DNA from: Podarcis gaigeae
Lineage: Eukaryota
DNA: 64,000 bases
Reading direction: 5' to 3' (one strand)
Assembly (NCBI GenBank): GCA_964106915.2
Contig: OZ066921.1
A model generated the notes under the pieces. It was not told the origin of the DNA. It worked only from the letters and a program-made list of their open reading frames with translations, and did no database searches. Shown here piece by piece: positions 25,980-38,382 of this stretch (position 1 is the first letter of the stretch; each line of letters begins with the position of its first letter). The position numbers were made by a program, and so were the translations under genes.

Positions 25980-27147
25980 ACAATGCAGCTGCAATTGATG
26001 CCAGAAGGACTAATATGTGTTATCAACTATTTTTGAAAACTGTCTCCAAAAGAGCAATGACATGTGCAGAAAGCACCCCTGTACCCAAAATATAACTGAG
26101 GGTTATATAAAGTAATATAGAGATTTTATTTTATTTTTCTCACACACAACACACTAGAACTTGATGAAAGTGATTGGCAGTAGGATCAGGACTAACAACA
26201 AAAATACTTCACACTACACAATCAACATGGAATTGGCTGCAGAATGTTGTGATAGCCACTGGACTTAAAAAATAATAATTAGATAATTTTTTGCTGGAGG
26301 ATAACAGTTATTATGATAATAATATTGGTAAACCTTTCAGGGCTGTTGTAAGGGTTATTGAAAGAATGTATGCAAATATGTGCATTTGAGCTTTTAGAAA
26401 AACTCACTATACAAAACTGAAGTATTTTAAATTTTGGAAATGCCCTTCCATGATGCAGCACTGCTACCTGTAGCAATTTGTTTGCTTTCATAGGAATTTG
26501 CACAAAATGTTAAGCACATGTGTAGACAGACATGGAATCTGGAATGAGGGGATCTTTACTTCTCTTTGTAGATATTAATGCTGGGTTCTTGGGTTGTTGT
26601 TTTTTAAAAAAGGATTTGATCTGTTGATGTATAGGAAAATTCCTACCGTTAGCAAGAACAGTCCTTGCAGAGAAATTGTTAAGAATGCATGCAAACTAGC
26701 TTCAGCAGGTTTCTCCTTTATCAGGAAACCTGATTTCATTGACCAAAACATACCCACACCCATATTGCTTTTCTCCTAAACTGAGAATCTTCTGCTGATC
26801 TTCCCGTATACAAGGAAGTACCAAGTGGCAGTGTCCATGGTGCAAATAAGAAACCTGCTCTAGACATCTCATATAGCTTTCCTGGAATTCCTTTGTTTAA
26901 ACACCATCACCTTTGTATCAAGAGGTTTCACAGGAGGTTATACAGCTGGGCTCCTCAGAACACAGACAGAAATATTCAAATCACTTATTCCGGATTAGTC
27001 GCATTGCAGTCAACTTGAGAATCATGGGATTTAAGGATCATGGTCATAATGATGTGCAGAGTACCCAGAGTGTCTGAGAGAAAGAATTCAAAAGGGGCAA
27101 TTACGGTGTTGCCACTTAGGAGCTATTCATACAGGGCTCCTGCAGTG

Positions 27148-27592
27148 TGTCACCTTACTGCTTGTAGCTGACCTGGGTTCACACCGGATCAGGCAGAAGG
27201 CAATGCAATTCCAATTATGTTACCTTCTAGCTGACCTGGAACAAACCCAGGTCAGCCACATGGTATTTACAAATAGCAGGCTGACACCCTGCGGGAGGCC
27301 TGTCTGAATGGCTGTCACAAGATCAGTGTGATTGTTGTATAGGTAGGAATAGGGGAAGAAGCCATTGAGCTGCACTGTTAGAGATCTAACAGGGTTTCTC
27401 TGTTCTGTGTAGGTTCTACAGAAGCAGCGCCTAACTTCCTCGCATCTAAGCAAGCATGCAGCCAGTCTGTTCAGCAAGCCTCACCAAGCCAACAACAGCC
27501 GAGCCACCTCCACCAGGCCAACACCTCCCCCTCTGTTTCCCTAAGCATTGGCCAGATGGGCTCCATCTCGCTCCCCACCTAGGCTTCTGACA
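27148..27592. mobile_element. Possible solo LTR
   Basis: TGTCA...TGACA termini and internal repeated TAGCTGACCTGG, but no clean TSD. Confidence 0.3.
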
Positions 27593-29246
27593 GTGGGAGG
27601 GTGTGTGCATATATAATACTTTGTGAAAAGAAGGGCTTCAGTTGGGTAAAGCCCTTCTCTCCTGATCTTTTAACAGGGCATGGTCAGGGGCACAACCTCT
27701 GCATTTCTTTCCTTCAGATCCCCAGCTGAGTTATTGCAACCACTTTATTGTGGCAAGACAAAGTCAGCATCACTTAACACATTCAATTCATTTTTAACTA
27801 GTTCAGTGCCAGGCAACAGGCAGAGTTTTTGAAAGGGTTTTGAGAAAATGTTAGATTTTTAAATAGCATGTTGGAGTAGCTTTCTAACAAATAGCGTAAG
27901 CAGTTAATGTTCCTTCTTGAAGAAATGGGATATTGTAATGGATTTCTACCATTTAAAAATAAATCACACTGAAATGATTAATGAACAAGACATGTGTTAC
28001 GTTCCCTACACGACTGCTGCCAATAAAATGTTGAGACACAACAGCAGTTGTTTTGGTTTTTATCCCCAGGCTGAAGTTTGAAAGATTTTTTACTTTGCTT
28101 TATCTAGTGCTATTTCAAGAAGGATTCAAGTTTTCTAAATTAGAGCTATACTGAAATTCTGCACTCAGAATATATTAATAGGGTTGTATTTGTAAGCTTA
28201 TGTAGCATGGTGGTTTTTGAGGGTATGCAAGAACACCATGAGTAAAAACCACAAGGTAAGATGAGAAAACCATGTGTCACAGATAATTTCTCCTTTGCAT
28301 GCTGAATTCTTTTACAAACACTTCTATACATTTTCAAATTTATGCCCACAACAAGAACTGTAAGTATTTTTAAACAAAAAAGTTCTCAAACTTGTACCAG
28401 ATGTGACATGTAACAGATTCCCATATACATATTCCTTTATACATACACAGTCACAGAGAGCCTCTGCAGCAAATATCAAGCAGATGTTAAAGTGAGGTTT
28501 GTTCTGCAGCAGTAGATCATACTATGATCTCCCTCACCCCAAACTGGACTGTTCTGTTGCATCTTTCTGCCGGAAAGTGGAGAAGGATGGATGTATTAGC
28601 GAGAGGAGGTGGGGCTGTGTTCTGTAGATTCACACTTCTAGAACAGGCTTTCATTATCAGCTCTCCAAACCAACAGAGCCCACATCACAGTTTGCAATAA
28701 GCAATAATTCCAGAAACAAGTAACTCAAAACCACCCCATTTATTTGTTTATTAGAAAGATGGGCATCCAGGCCTTCCAATGCATTCATATTGCACAGAGC
28801 AACTTAAAACAATTAAAATATAAGCCTTGGTTATTAATGCAAGATAAGCAGAAACATTCTATCTAAAATAGCTTAGAGACCTTTGAATTTCAGATACAGG
28901 GGCAGCAACACTAATTTAAGTTCTACATGTGAGAGCATCCTCAGGACATGCCTTCTCTACAAACAATGTCAGTGTTTTACCTCTTGAAGCTTGAACCTTG
29001 CAGACTATAGTTATGAGAAGAGGCTGAGAATTATCTGCTATTGTTCTCTAGACCCCTCAGAAGGCTGTGGGACTGTCCACCTAGTGTGTGGTACAGGCAT
29101 GCCTACAGTGCCATGCCTTCAGGGTTGATCTGCAGCACTATTCCTTTCTATTGCTGTTCTGTTGAGATTCTCAGGAAAATGGGTCCCCTGTGTGGCTGAG
29201 AGAGAGAATGCAACAGCTTTCCACTGGTCAGTCCCTATTTGGATAT

Positions 29247-29514
29247 AGGTAAAAAGTTAAAGGACCCCTAGACGGTTAAGTCCAGTTAAAGGCGACTATG
29301 GGGTTGCAGCGCTCTTCTTGCTATCAGGCCGAGGGAGACAGTATTTATTCACAGATCGCTTTCCGGGTCATGTGGCCAGCATGACTAAACCACTTCTGGC
29401 ACAGCGGAACACCATGACGGAAACCAGAGTGCATGGAAACACCGTTTACCTTCCCACCACACCCGCCACAGTGGTACCTATTTATCTACTTGCACTGGTG
29501 TGCTTTCGAACTAC
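29247..29514 (-). mobile_element. Sauria SINE, 5'-truncated
   Basis: Colinear with the full copy at 52221-52574 (GGGTCATGTGGCCAGCATGACTAA, TATCTACTTGCACT). Confidence 0.8.
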
Positions 29515-30517
29515 TGTAATAACACACAATGTTTCTTATGTGAATGTGAATATTCAAGTGCCACTCCAGGAGTGGCTGTACCACCATGGGGTGGACTAGG
29601 CCTCAATATACAAGCGCTGGAAAGTCCTTGGTTTAAAACTTGCATCAGCAAGGCCACTATTTCAGGCCAGCACAACTTTGTGAATCCTGGAGCTAAATGT
29701 AGCGCTTTATCAGCTGTATAATATGACCATGCAGGTGCTTGCAGCAAAAATAGGAGGTTCATTAACATGGTGGACAATATGTGGCCAATTGGCTGCATTC
29801 AGATTAATGTGTCACACATTGTGCAGGCTTGGAGTATTTTTTCAGCCTAAGCACCTTATTCTGCAATCAGGTGATAATACTGATCCACCTTACAAGGTTG
29901 TTGTAGGGATGACTGTGTCAAAGTATTTAACACATTATCAACAGTCTGCTAAGTTATTATTTTCCACCACCACCATCCTGTGATTCTAAAATGAATGACC
30001 TGTGCTAATTTCTGAATGGTAAAAGAATACAGTGGGCTTCCAAATGGCTGTGGGAATGCATTAAGCCAGGAATGCAGAACCTCTGGCTCTTCAAATGTTG
30101 GACTCCCAAATCCAGCCAGTCCCAGCTACTATAACTCAGGGAGTTACAGGCCAACAAAATATGGAGAACCAAATATCCCCTGGCTTTCTATTAGCTTGCT
30201 CTCTCCCATTCGCCCCAAAATAGAAAGTGTTGCCAATTTTATTTTTACCTGGCAGGGCTGCAATGCCTTTATTTCAATACGTGAATTTCTGCCAGACGTG
30301 CAGGAACTAAGGCAGTGTGCGATACAGAGGCAGTAGCCTTATTCTCATGGTGCCTGCAGGGTGTGGTGAGAATTATATAAATCTAATTATGTACACTACC
30401 AAATAGGAAAACATTATACAAATATTGCTTCCAACTACTATCACACAAAAAAAACAATTTTGAGCACAAATGTTGTTGGATCTGATATTGAGTTTCAGAT
30501 AGTTCAGTTGGTTAGAC

Positions 30518-31242
30518 CAGAGGTTTTCAACCTTTTTGAGTCCACGGCTCCCTTCTGCGGCATCCCTGCGGGGCTCAGGAGCCCCTTTATGTCACCCCTT
30601 GCCCTGCAGAACTGGCAGTCCCTCACCCCTTTTCAAACACCCCGTGTAGTGTTCTCTCATCCTCCTCTCCTCTCTCCTTGGGAGTCCTCTGGGCAGCAGC
30701 TGCTCTCTCTCCCTCCCCCATCTTTGAGCTGCCCACCCCCTGCTCTACCCCAAAGAGAGGTGCCTCCTCCCACTGCCCCACAGGGGCCTGGGAAGCACCC
30801 CCTGGCCAGCCCCAGAGGCACCATTTGCCCTGAGGAGCCAAGGCTGCTGCAACAAACAGATGTGCAAGCCTTTGGGACACAGAGACGCGAGAAGGCATCA
30901 GAGGAGGGAGAGATGAAAAGAGGTATGGAGGCCAGTGATGCCCGTGGCACCCCTGACCATTATTCAAGGCACCTTGGGGGGCCACGGCAGCACACTGGTT
31001 GAAAACTACAGTGGTACCTCAAGTTAAGTACTTAATTCGTTCCAGAGGTCCGTACTTAACCTGAAACTGTTCTTAACCTGAAGCACCACCTTAGTTAATG
31101 GGGTCTCCTGCTGCTGCTGCTGCGCCGCCAGAGCCCAATTTCTGTTCTTATCCTGAAGCAAAGTTCTTAACCTGAAGCACTATTTCTGGGTTAGCGGAGT
31201 CTGTAACCTGAAGCGTATGTAACCCAATGTACCACTGTACTG
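30518..31242. mobile_element. hAT (Charlie/Buster-like) non-autonomous element
   Basis: Left TIR CAGAGGTTTTCAACC; right TIR GGTTGAAAACTA|CTG split by a mariner MITE; degenerate 8-bp TSD GGTTAGAC/GGTTACAG. Confidence 0.7.
31009..31237. mobile_element. Tc1/mariner-pogo MITE
   Basis: TA-CAGTGGTAC...GTACCACTG-TA; body is the reverse complement of 20692-20908. Confidence 0.88.
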
Positions 31243-31258
31243 GGTTACAGCATGATGC

Positions 31259-31729
31259 CAACAAAGGTCCGTATAGTTAAAGCTATGATTTTCCCAGTAC
31301 TGTAGTGATGTATGGAAGTGAGAGCTGGACCATAAAGAAGGCTGGTCGCTGAAGAATTGATGCTTTTGAATTATGATGCTGGAGGAGACTCGTGAGAGTC
31401 CCATGGACTGCAAGAAGATCAAACCTATCCATTCTGAAGGAAATCAGCCCTGAGTGCTGACTGGAAGGACAGATCCTGAAGCTGAGGCTCCAATACTTTG
31501 GCCACCTCATGAGAAGAGAAGACTCCCTGGAAAAGACCCTGATGTTGGGAAAGATGGAGGGCCCAAGGAGAGGGGGACGACTGAGGACAAGATGGTTGGA
31601 CAGTGTTCTCGAAGCTACCAGCATCGAGACCCAACTGCGGGAGGCAGCGGAAGACAGGCGTGCCTGGCGTGCTCTGGTCCAGGGGGTCATGAAGAGTCGG
31701 ACACGACTAAACGACTAAACAACAACAAG
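31259..31729 (+). mobile_element. Bov-B (RTE clade) LINE 3' end
   Basis: Peptide MRREDSLEKTLMLGKMEG...RWLD...WRALVQGVMKSRTRLND, (CAA)n tail, and 10-bp TSD AGCATGATGC. Confidence 0.92.
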
Positions 31730-31839
31730 AGCATGATGCTGATACTGCCAAGCTTGCAGGTTTGATCCTGGACTAGATGAACCTCCGGGTCCCTTCCAAC
31801 TCTCTGATTCTAAAAATCCTGCCTGCACCAACTGCTGAC

Positions 31840-32322
31840 GCCCATTGGCTATGCATGCATAACGCGGCACCGAGGAAGCAGCAGCCGAGGGGAGATGCAG
31901 AGCACAGCCCGGTCGGGGAAGGGAGGGTACCAGGAACAGCCGCAGGATGAATGGAACAGCGGTACCATTTCCTTCACTAGATGGGGGAGTGGCGAAGGAA
32001 TGCATCCTCCTCCCCTCAAATGACGGGGTCAGATGGTTCCGCCGAGGCCACACAAGCAACCGCTTCCAAGCGCGGAGCTAAGGCGGCTTGAGCGTCAAAG
32101 TCAGTCGGCGGCTAAAGGGGCTCCTCCCGCCGCTGAAGGGTTGGACCAACTGGCTTCTTTCCGATCAACCCCGTAAGTGTTGCCCCCCTCCGTTTCAAGT
32201 GGTACTGCCTGTATCAAGCGTAGAGCGGATAAGGTCAGAGCGAACCACTGCGCACGAGAGGGGGGGAAATCGGGCAAACTCGCTTTTCCCTTCGCCTGAG
32301 GAATCCTAACTCCCGCTTGTCG
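31840..32322 (+). promoter_or_regulatory. CpG-rich promoter and non-coding first exon of PAFAH1B3
   Basis: CpG enrichment; GTAAGA donor at 32323; acceptor at 32940-32941, 15 nt before the ATG. Confidence 0.6.
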
Positions 32323-32956
32323 GTAAGAGTGCTTTAAAAGGCAAGCAGGAACCTTGAGTTATTACATAACCTTGGGGGAGGTTCTGTGGGCAAACCGCGT
32401 TCCTTCCCCCCATTGTGCTTATTGGTATTCCCCACTCGTCTTGAGGGGGCATCTTTGGCTTTTGAGGATTGTACCACTATGCGCTACACAGAGGGGGAAA
32501 CAGTGGACAGCGCTATTGTATCAAAAGGGGAGCCTGCAGGAAAATTAGTCTTATGTCCTGCTTCCTAGGTATTTCCCTCAACACCACTCCCACAAAATAC
32601 AATTTTACCATCACGCTGCCTAGTACCGTCTGCTTTGAAGGCGGGAGGATCCCGAACGAGAAAGACCAATGGCATAAGACCAATCCCCCTTTTTTTGAGA
32701 AATGGGACTGTCGATTCATAGTGAAGCCGATGAGAAACGACTGAACCACTCACGCCGCCGGGAGGGTCAGAGGGAAAGGTTTGCCCGCGTGCAATTAGCC
32801 TTCCTGGACTGGGTGCTGTGTGCACAGTCCCCTCCCTTCCCTGGCTAGGTAGTGCAGTCCCCTGTGCAGGGCAGGTGGGGCGGGGACAGGGGTGGGGGGC
32901 TTTCATTGTGTGAGGTCTCATTCTTGCTTTCGCCTTCCCAGGAGCCACAAGGGACC

Positions 32957-35621
32957 ATGAGTGACGGCGACAAGAACCCAGCCAGCACCCCGACCCCAGT
33001 CACTGATGTGCAAGGGGATGGGCGATGGATGTCCCTGGTGAGAGGCCCAGCTGGCTCAGTGGCCCATTGGGAGGATGGCGGGCTGTAGAGAACAAAGCAA
33101 GGAGGAGGAGGGTTGTGGGCGGGGGGGGGGGAGAGAGAGAGAATAGTTTTCCACCTTGGGAGGGTGCAGTTGCATTTTCCAGGGTTTTCGTTTGCACGTC
33201 TCCAAATGGTGGCAATCACAATTATCAGCTTCGAAAGGCTTGCAAAAGATTTGTATTTTTAGGTTGAAACGCATGCACCCTGCCGCAAAAAAGAGAAAGA
33301 AGCAGGTTACATGCAGCATTTAAAAAAACAACAAAGCAAATGTAGGATAAGGTGAAAAGGGGAGGGAACATCCTTATGAATGAACCACCTGTGAAACAGA
33401 CAAAAGACTCCTGCCTCTCACTTGCCCAATGAGCTCTTTGAGTAGCCTTATTAGTTTTCATTGTCTCTGATCTTTTTGGTTCCTCAGTGCCCTTCCCTGG
33501 AGAAGGCCATGGTCGTTCCTGCCTTTGCAGTTTTCATTTAGTATTTGCGACCCACTTTTTCTCCCAAAGTGGAAAATAACAAGGGAAACCCCAAATGACT
33601 TACAGTGGAGGCGATAGTGCATCGTGGTCCTCAGGCAGTGTACAGTTGCTTGTGTGCTCATTTCTTGTGTGCTAGGCCAGAATTGCCAATGTGCTAATCC
33701 GGAGAAGGATGCAGAACGGAGCCCAATCCCTGTAAAGGGTGCTGTTGTGGTGCAGAGCGATAAAACCACCTCCTACCTCCTCAGTTGTAGGGCTTTCATT
33801 TGACCATCAACATGGGACCTATTTTTAATGTTTCAGAAGTGTAGGCCGTGTCAAATCTATTGCAGCAAAACCAACAGAGCACCTTAAATATTAACACTTT
33901 TATTGTTGGAGATGCTTTTGCAGGCCAGGGCTAGGGCCTGCTTTTAATATTTCAACCTTGTATGTGCCCTCCTTTTCTCCTCTTTCTTCATAATCTCAGT
34001 AGCAGCACCCGCCCTGTGGAACGCCCTCCCACCAGATGTCAAAGAGAAAAACAACAACCAGACTTTTAGAAGACATCTGAAGGCAGCCCTGTTTAGGGAA
34101 GCTTTTAGTGTTTAACAGACTATTGTATTTTAATATTTTGTTGGAAGCTGCCCAGAGTGGCTGGGGAAATGCAGCCAGATGGGCGCGGTATAAATATTAT
34201 TATTATTATTATTATTACTACTACTACTATTACAAAAGAAAATGGTGCTGGTATCACCAGTGTGGCTCACCTGAAGCTGTAAAGGGAGGTGGGACCCACT
34301 CTTATGCTATACGCTAATTGAAGGCCAATAATAGAGTGTTGAGTTTGCGTGGGGCACATTTATGCCCCCTGGGAAGGTTCCATTTCTAAGCCTAATTTCT
34401 CACCTTTGGCCTGGCTACCACCTCACACATTACGATGTGGAAAGAGCTTTCTGAATGTTAGGTACCCCTTTTAGCCTCCTTTTCAGCTACTCCTTTCCCA
34501 TCAGGGTGGACAATAACAGGGGCGTTTTTCCCATTTCTAAGTTTTGGCATGTAAATATATGGCAGTTTTTTGTGTGGTTGGCAGTAACAATGCACAAAAG
34601 CTGCGTACGCAATATAACTTTAAGGTACATTCCAAGCACTTCCCCCCCCTCAAAGGATTCTGGGCACTTTTCATTAAGGGTTGCTGGGAATTGTAACAAT
34701 GTGAGGGATAAACTACATTGCCCAGAATTCTTTGAGGGGGAGGAATGTGCTTCTAATGTGATTTGAAGAATTGGTGTGTGCACAGCCTTAACGCTGCAGG
34801 TATTAAGGCGGCACTCCTGTGCGGAGTTGGGCATATTTTAAGACTCACCTGCATCTCATTTTGAAACTGGTCTGCATGCCTGGGTTGCTTCCTCTCTCCA
34901 CCTAAAGACGTTCCTTTTTTTAACTTTGTCTCTTGAAATTTACCTTCTTTCTCCCCATAAAACAGCACCATCGCTTTATTGCTGATAGCAAAGACAAGGA
35001 ACCCGAGGTTGTCTTCATTGGAGATTCTTTGGTGCAGCTGCTGCACCAGTTCGAGGTCAGGTGGCTCAGAAAGAAACTTGTAAGGGGCGAGATGGGTAAG
35101 TGGAATTCTCTTTTAATAGTCTGACATCCGATTCGCTTCCTCCTCCCCACAGATCTGGAGAGAGCTTTTCTCCCCTCTACACGCTCTCAACTTTGGCATT
35201 GGGGGCGATGCCACCCAGCATGTGCTCTGGCGCCTGCAGAATGGGGAGTTGCAGCACATCCGACCAAAGGTAATTTTTCTGAAATAGTCCTATGCCGACT
35301 CAGCCCATTGGTCCATCCACTCCAGAACTGCCATTTCCCAAGATCTCAGAGGCATTGATCAGCAAGATCCTTTAAAAACTGGATTGAGGACTCTGCCTGT
35401 GATCCTAAAGCTTTTCCCAAGAGATGTCTCCTTATGGGAAGCATCCGAGGAGATTGGGTAGTGGTGGTACAGGAACATAGAGCAGGATGAGGAAGTTGCT
35501 GATCTTTAAGGAGAGTTAGGTCTGTTTCTATTCTTCACCAAGAAAACCAGCAGGAAATCATACAGATTTTCATATTTTCTGCATAATTTATTCTGCCTCT
35601 AGGAAAGTGTGTGTGTGTGTG

Positions 35622-35653
<32 letters not shown>

Positions 35654-36998
35654 ACTTTGGCATTTTTTTCGAAAGGACAAGGAAGTATCCAAAAACTCAC
35701 AAGGGAGGACTGAAAGAAGAGATAGAGATAAACCCACAGTAGCCCTTCTTGCATAATCTCTATGCAAAAAATATTTAACTCCGTTTCTGTGACGCATGCA
35801 TCATATGCCTCTGTCTCTTTATTTTGCCTAATTCTGCTCTCACTAATTAATCAGCCCTTGGGAAGAAGAAGAAAGCACTGGAAATACTGTTCAGACTACT
35901 TCTCCCGATTTGCTGAGATTATCTACACCTCGTAAAGCATATACTATAGCTGCTAGGCCTAAGAACTTGAAACAAGCTTTTAAAACATCAGCTAGGGGCT
36001 TCCATCCTTGCTCACTCATCCCACCCCAATGCTGACCCCATTCCCTTTGCACCTTGCCCCCCCCCCAAAAAACCCCACTCCTTCACAGCTTGCCCCAATC
36101 GCCCCATCCCCATACTGTTTGTCACTGCCCCCACTGGTTAGGGGAGAGACTCCTCCCCCCTGCCTTTGTCCACCTTTGCTGAGAAAAAAGAGCCCAATTG
36201 TGGCTTTAAAAGCAGGATGGGGAACCTGTGGTTGGTGGGAGTTGTAGTACAGCAACATTCCATCCCTGCAGGGAGGAATCTTCAACTACAGAAAGTGATT
36301 GTTCTAACCATGCGGGTGGCCTTCTTTAGGCCAGGACAGCAACCTCCTTTCCCCAAGAGAAACTTATTCTCCCCTCTCCCTCTTTTAACCTATAGATTGT
36401 GGTCGTCTGGGTGGGCACCAATAACCACGGCCACACTGCCGAGCAGGTGGCTGGCGGCATAGAAGCCATTGTGCGGGTCATCCATCAGCAGCAGCCGCAG
36501 GCCCGCGTGGTGGTGTTGGTGAGTGCCGAGGGTGCCCGGGAGGGCTGCTTTGGTGGGAGGGATGAACGTTTCAGGCAGCTACTGTTGGGCTACAACTCCC
36601 ATCATCCCCAGCTAGCAGGACCGGTGGTCAGGGATGATGGGAATTGTAGTCCCAAAACAACCCCACATTCGGGAAACCCTGGCGTAAGGTCTGCACTGCT
36701 TTCTAATCGGCTCGTCTCTTCTCGGATGCAGGGCTTGCTGCCGCGGGGCAAGAACCCCAACCCCTTGCGGGAGAAGAACAGCAGAGTGAACGAACTGCTT
36801 GAGGCAAAGGTTCCGCTGCTGCCCAGCGCCTCCTTCCTCAACGTCGACCCGGGCTTTGTGCATTCGGACGGGACCATAAGCCACCACGACATGTACGACT
36901 ACCTCCACCTGACCCGCAACGGCTACGCCAGACTCTGTCCTGGCCTGCACCGGCTGCTGCTTTGCCTGCTGGGAGAATGCCACGCTCAAAGCCCTTGA
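32957..36998 (+). CDS. PAFAH1B3: Platelet-activating factor acetylhydrolase IB subunit alpha1 (gamma), 225 aa
   Basis: Exons 32957-33037, 34966-35055, 35153-35269, 36396-36518 and 36732-36998 total 678 nt. SGNH motifs GDSL, GIGGD, GTNN and DYLH are present. The N-terminus NPASTPTPVTDVQGDGRWMSLHHRF is B3-type, and the gene is convergent with CIC as in mammals. Confidence 0.97.
33994..34230 (+). mobile_element. L2-type LINE 3' end with (TAT)n tail
   Basis: GCCCTGTGGAACGCCCTCCC...CTGAAGGCAGCCCTGTTTAGGGAAGC...GGTATAAAT(TAT)n. Confidence 0.7.
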
Positions 36999-37127
36999 CC
37001 AAATGCTGTTGCCTGTGGCCAAGATGGAGCCACGCTGTGGCCTGGGTGGCTGCAAAAGGGACCCCTCCCCAGAAGTTAGAATGCTGTCTCTCCCGCCACC
37101 TCTCCTCCGGTCTTCAAGTGGGTGGGC

Positions 37128-37353
37128 AATAAATACAGCTTCCCTCCCAAGCTGTTACGTCTTCATCTACCTAGTATTCAGCACTGAATGTTGATTTCTC
37201 TCCCCCAAATCCCTTTCAGCATGTTAGTTCTGTAGATTGTTAAGTGATTGTGGGAGACTGTTGGGTTGGGGGGCCTGTTGGCCAGCGTCTGCCAAAAACT
37301 TAAGTTGGGCACAGGGCAAGTTGATGCGAACTTGCTTATGTTTACTTAATAAA
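37128..37353 (+). terminator. Two candidate polyadenylation signals of PAFAH1B3
   Basis: AATAAA at 37128-37133 and 37348-37353. Confidence 0.6.
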
Positions 37354-37407
37354 AGTGGTGCACAAAGTATCTGGTTTCCAAGACTGGCTTCTTCTTTGTG
37401 TCCACCC

Positions 37408-37530
37408 AGTAGAACATGAGACCGTTAATCTCAAGGCTGTGGGTTTGAGCCCCACGCCGGGCAAAAATATTTCTGCATTCCAGGGGGTTGGACTAGATGG
37501 CTCTTGCGATCCTTTCCGAGTCTATGATTC
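37408..37530 (+). mobile_element. tRNA-Lys-derived SINE with CR1-type tail (degenerate)
   Basis: AGTAGAACATGAGACCGTTAATCTCAAGGCTGTGGGTTTGAGCCCCACG resembles tRNA-Lys(CTT), followed by GGGGTTGGACTAGATG...CTATGATTCT. Confidence 0.65.
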
Positions 37531-38376
37531 TGACTGGGTGTGGGTTTTTTTGTCCCAGATTTGCAAGCAGCGACTTCTCAAGTGAAAATGGAGGTTTGCC
37601 AAAGCACTATCCTATGCTCTGGGGGTGGCCTGCCTTAAGCAGACTTTGAAAAATTACAGGGATTAGTATAGAACTGTCAAACCGTTAGCCGCAGCGTGTA
37701 GTAGCAGCGGTGGAGAACGAGTAGCCCTCCAGCTCCCGTTGGGACCCCAAACCCCCAGTCAGCATGGACAGTGGTCACAGATGATGGGAGTTATAGTTCC
37801 CCACAGATATGCATGAACCTTCCATGGAGGGCCTATTATGTCTCTGCAGCAGGGAATATCACCTTCTTTGTTCCCTGCAATCTTTGCTAGGTAGTTGAAT
37901 ATTGAATCAGATGGAGCACATGTCAGATCCAGAAAGCTGGTTCTTCTGTATAATTGCACCTTCTCCCTAAAGCTGCTCCCTCCCAAACCTTTAGGTAATT
38001 GAAGAGCAGGGTCTCATCTCTAAACGGACAGGTGGGGATTACTGTTAACCGCCGTGGTGCAAGTCCTGTATCGTCCCTTACAGCCACAGCAAGCGGTGGA
38101 GCTCTCCAAACGGTCGACTCACACTCTTCCGAAACAAGACAGATGCCAACAGCACAGCAGGGTGTGAGATGTGGTGCAAGCCATCATTACACAGCCTTGG
38201 TGCAGAACCTCGCAACGCTATAAATGCCTACTCAATCCTACCATTCACCACTCACAAAAAGAAGATGCCCCGCCTTATCAGGAAATGGCTAAAAAACAGG
38301 CACAGGTCATCTCTCTTCATATGTAGAAATCTAGATTTTGGAGGGGACCATCGTCTACACCATGGGTAGGCAAACT

Positions 38377-38382
38377 TTTATT
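38377..38382 (-). terminator. Candidate CIC polyadenylation signal
   Basis: AATAAA on the - strand about 1.25 kb after the CIC stop codon. Confidence 0.55.

Larger units (their letters stand above)
30498..31812 (+). mobile_element. tRNA-Ile-derived SINE with CR1-type tail, interrupted by nested insertions
   Basis: After removing the inserts it reads GATAGTTCAGTTGGTTA-AGCATGATGCTGATACTGCCAAGCTTGCAGGTTTGATCC-TGGACTAGATG...CCTTCCAACTCTCTGATTCTA. Same family as 53465-54096. Confidence 0.7.

Noticed and set aside
26575-26779. Short ORFs, one with a TM-like stretch, considered as PRR19 or another gene
   Set aside because: An in-frame stop lies just upstream, no partner exons were found, and there is no resemblance to PRR19.
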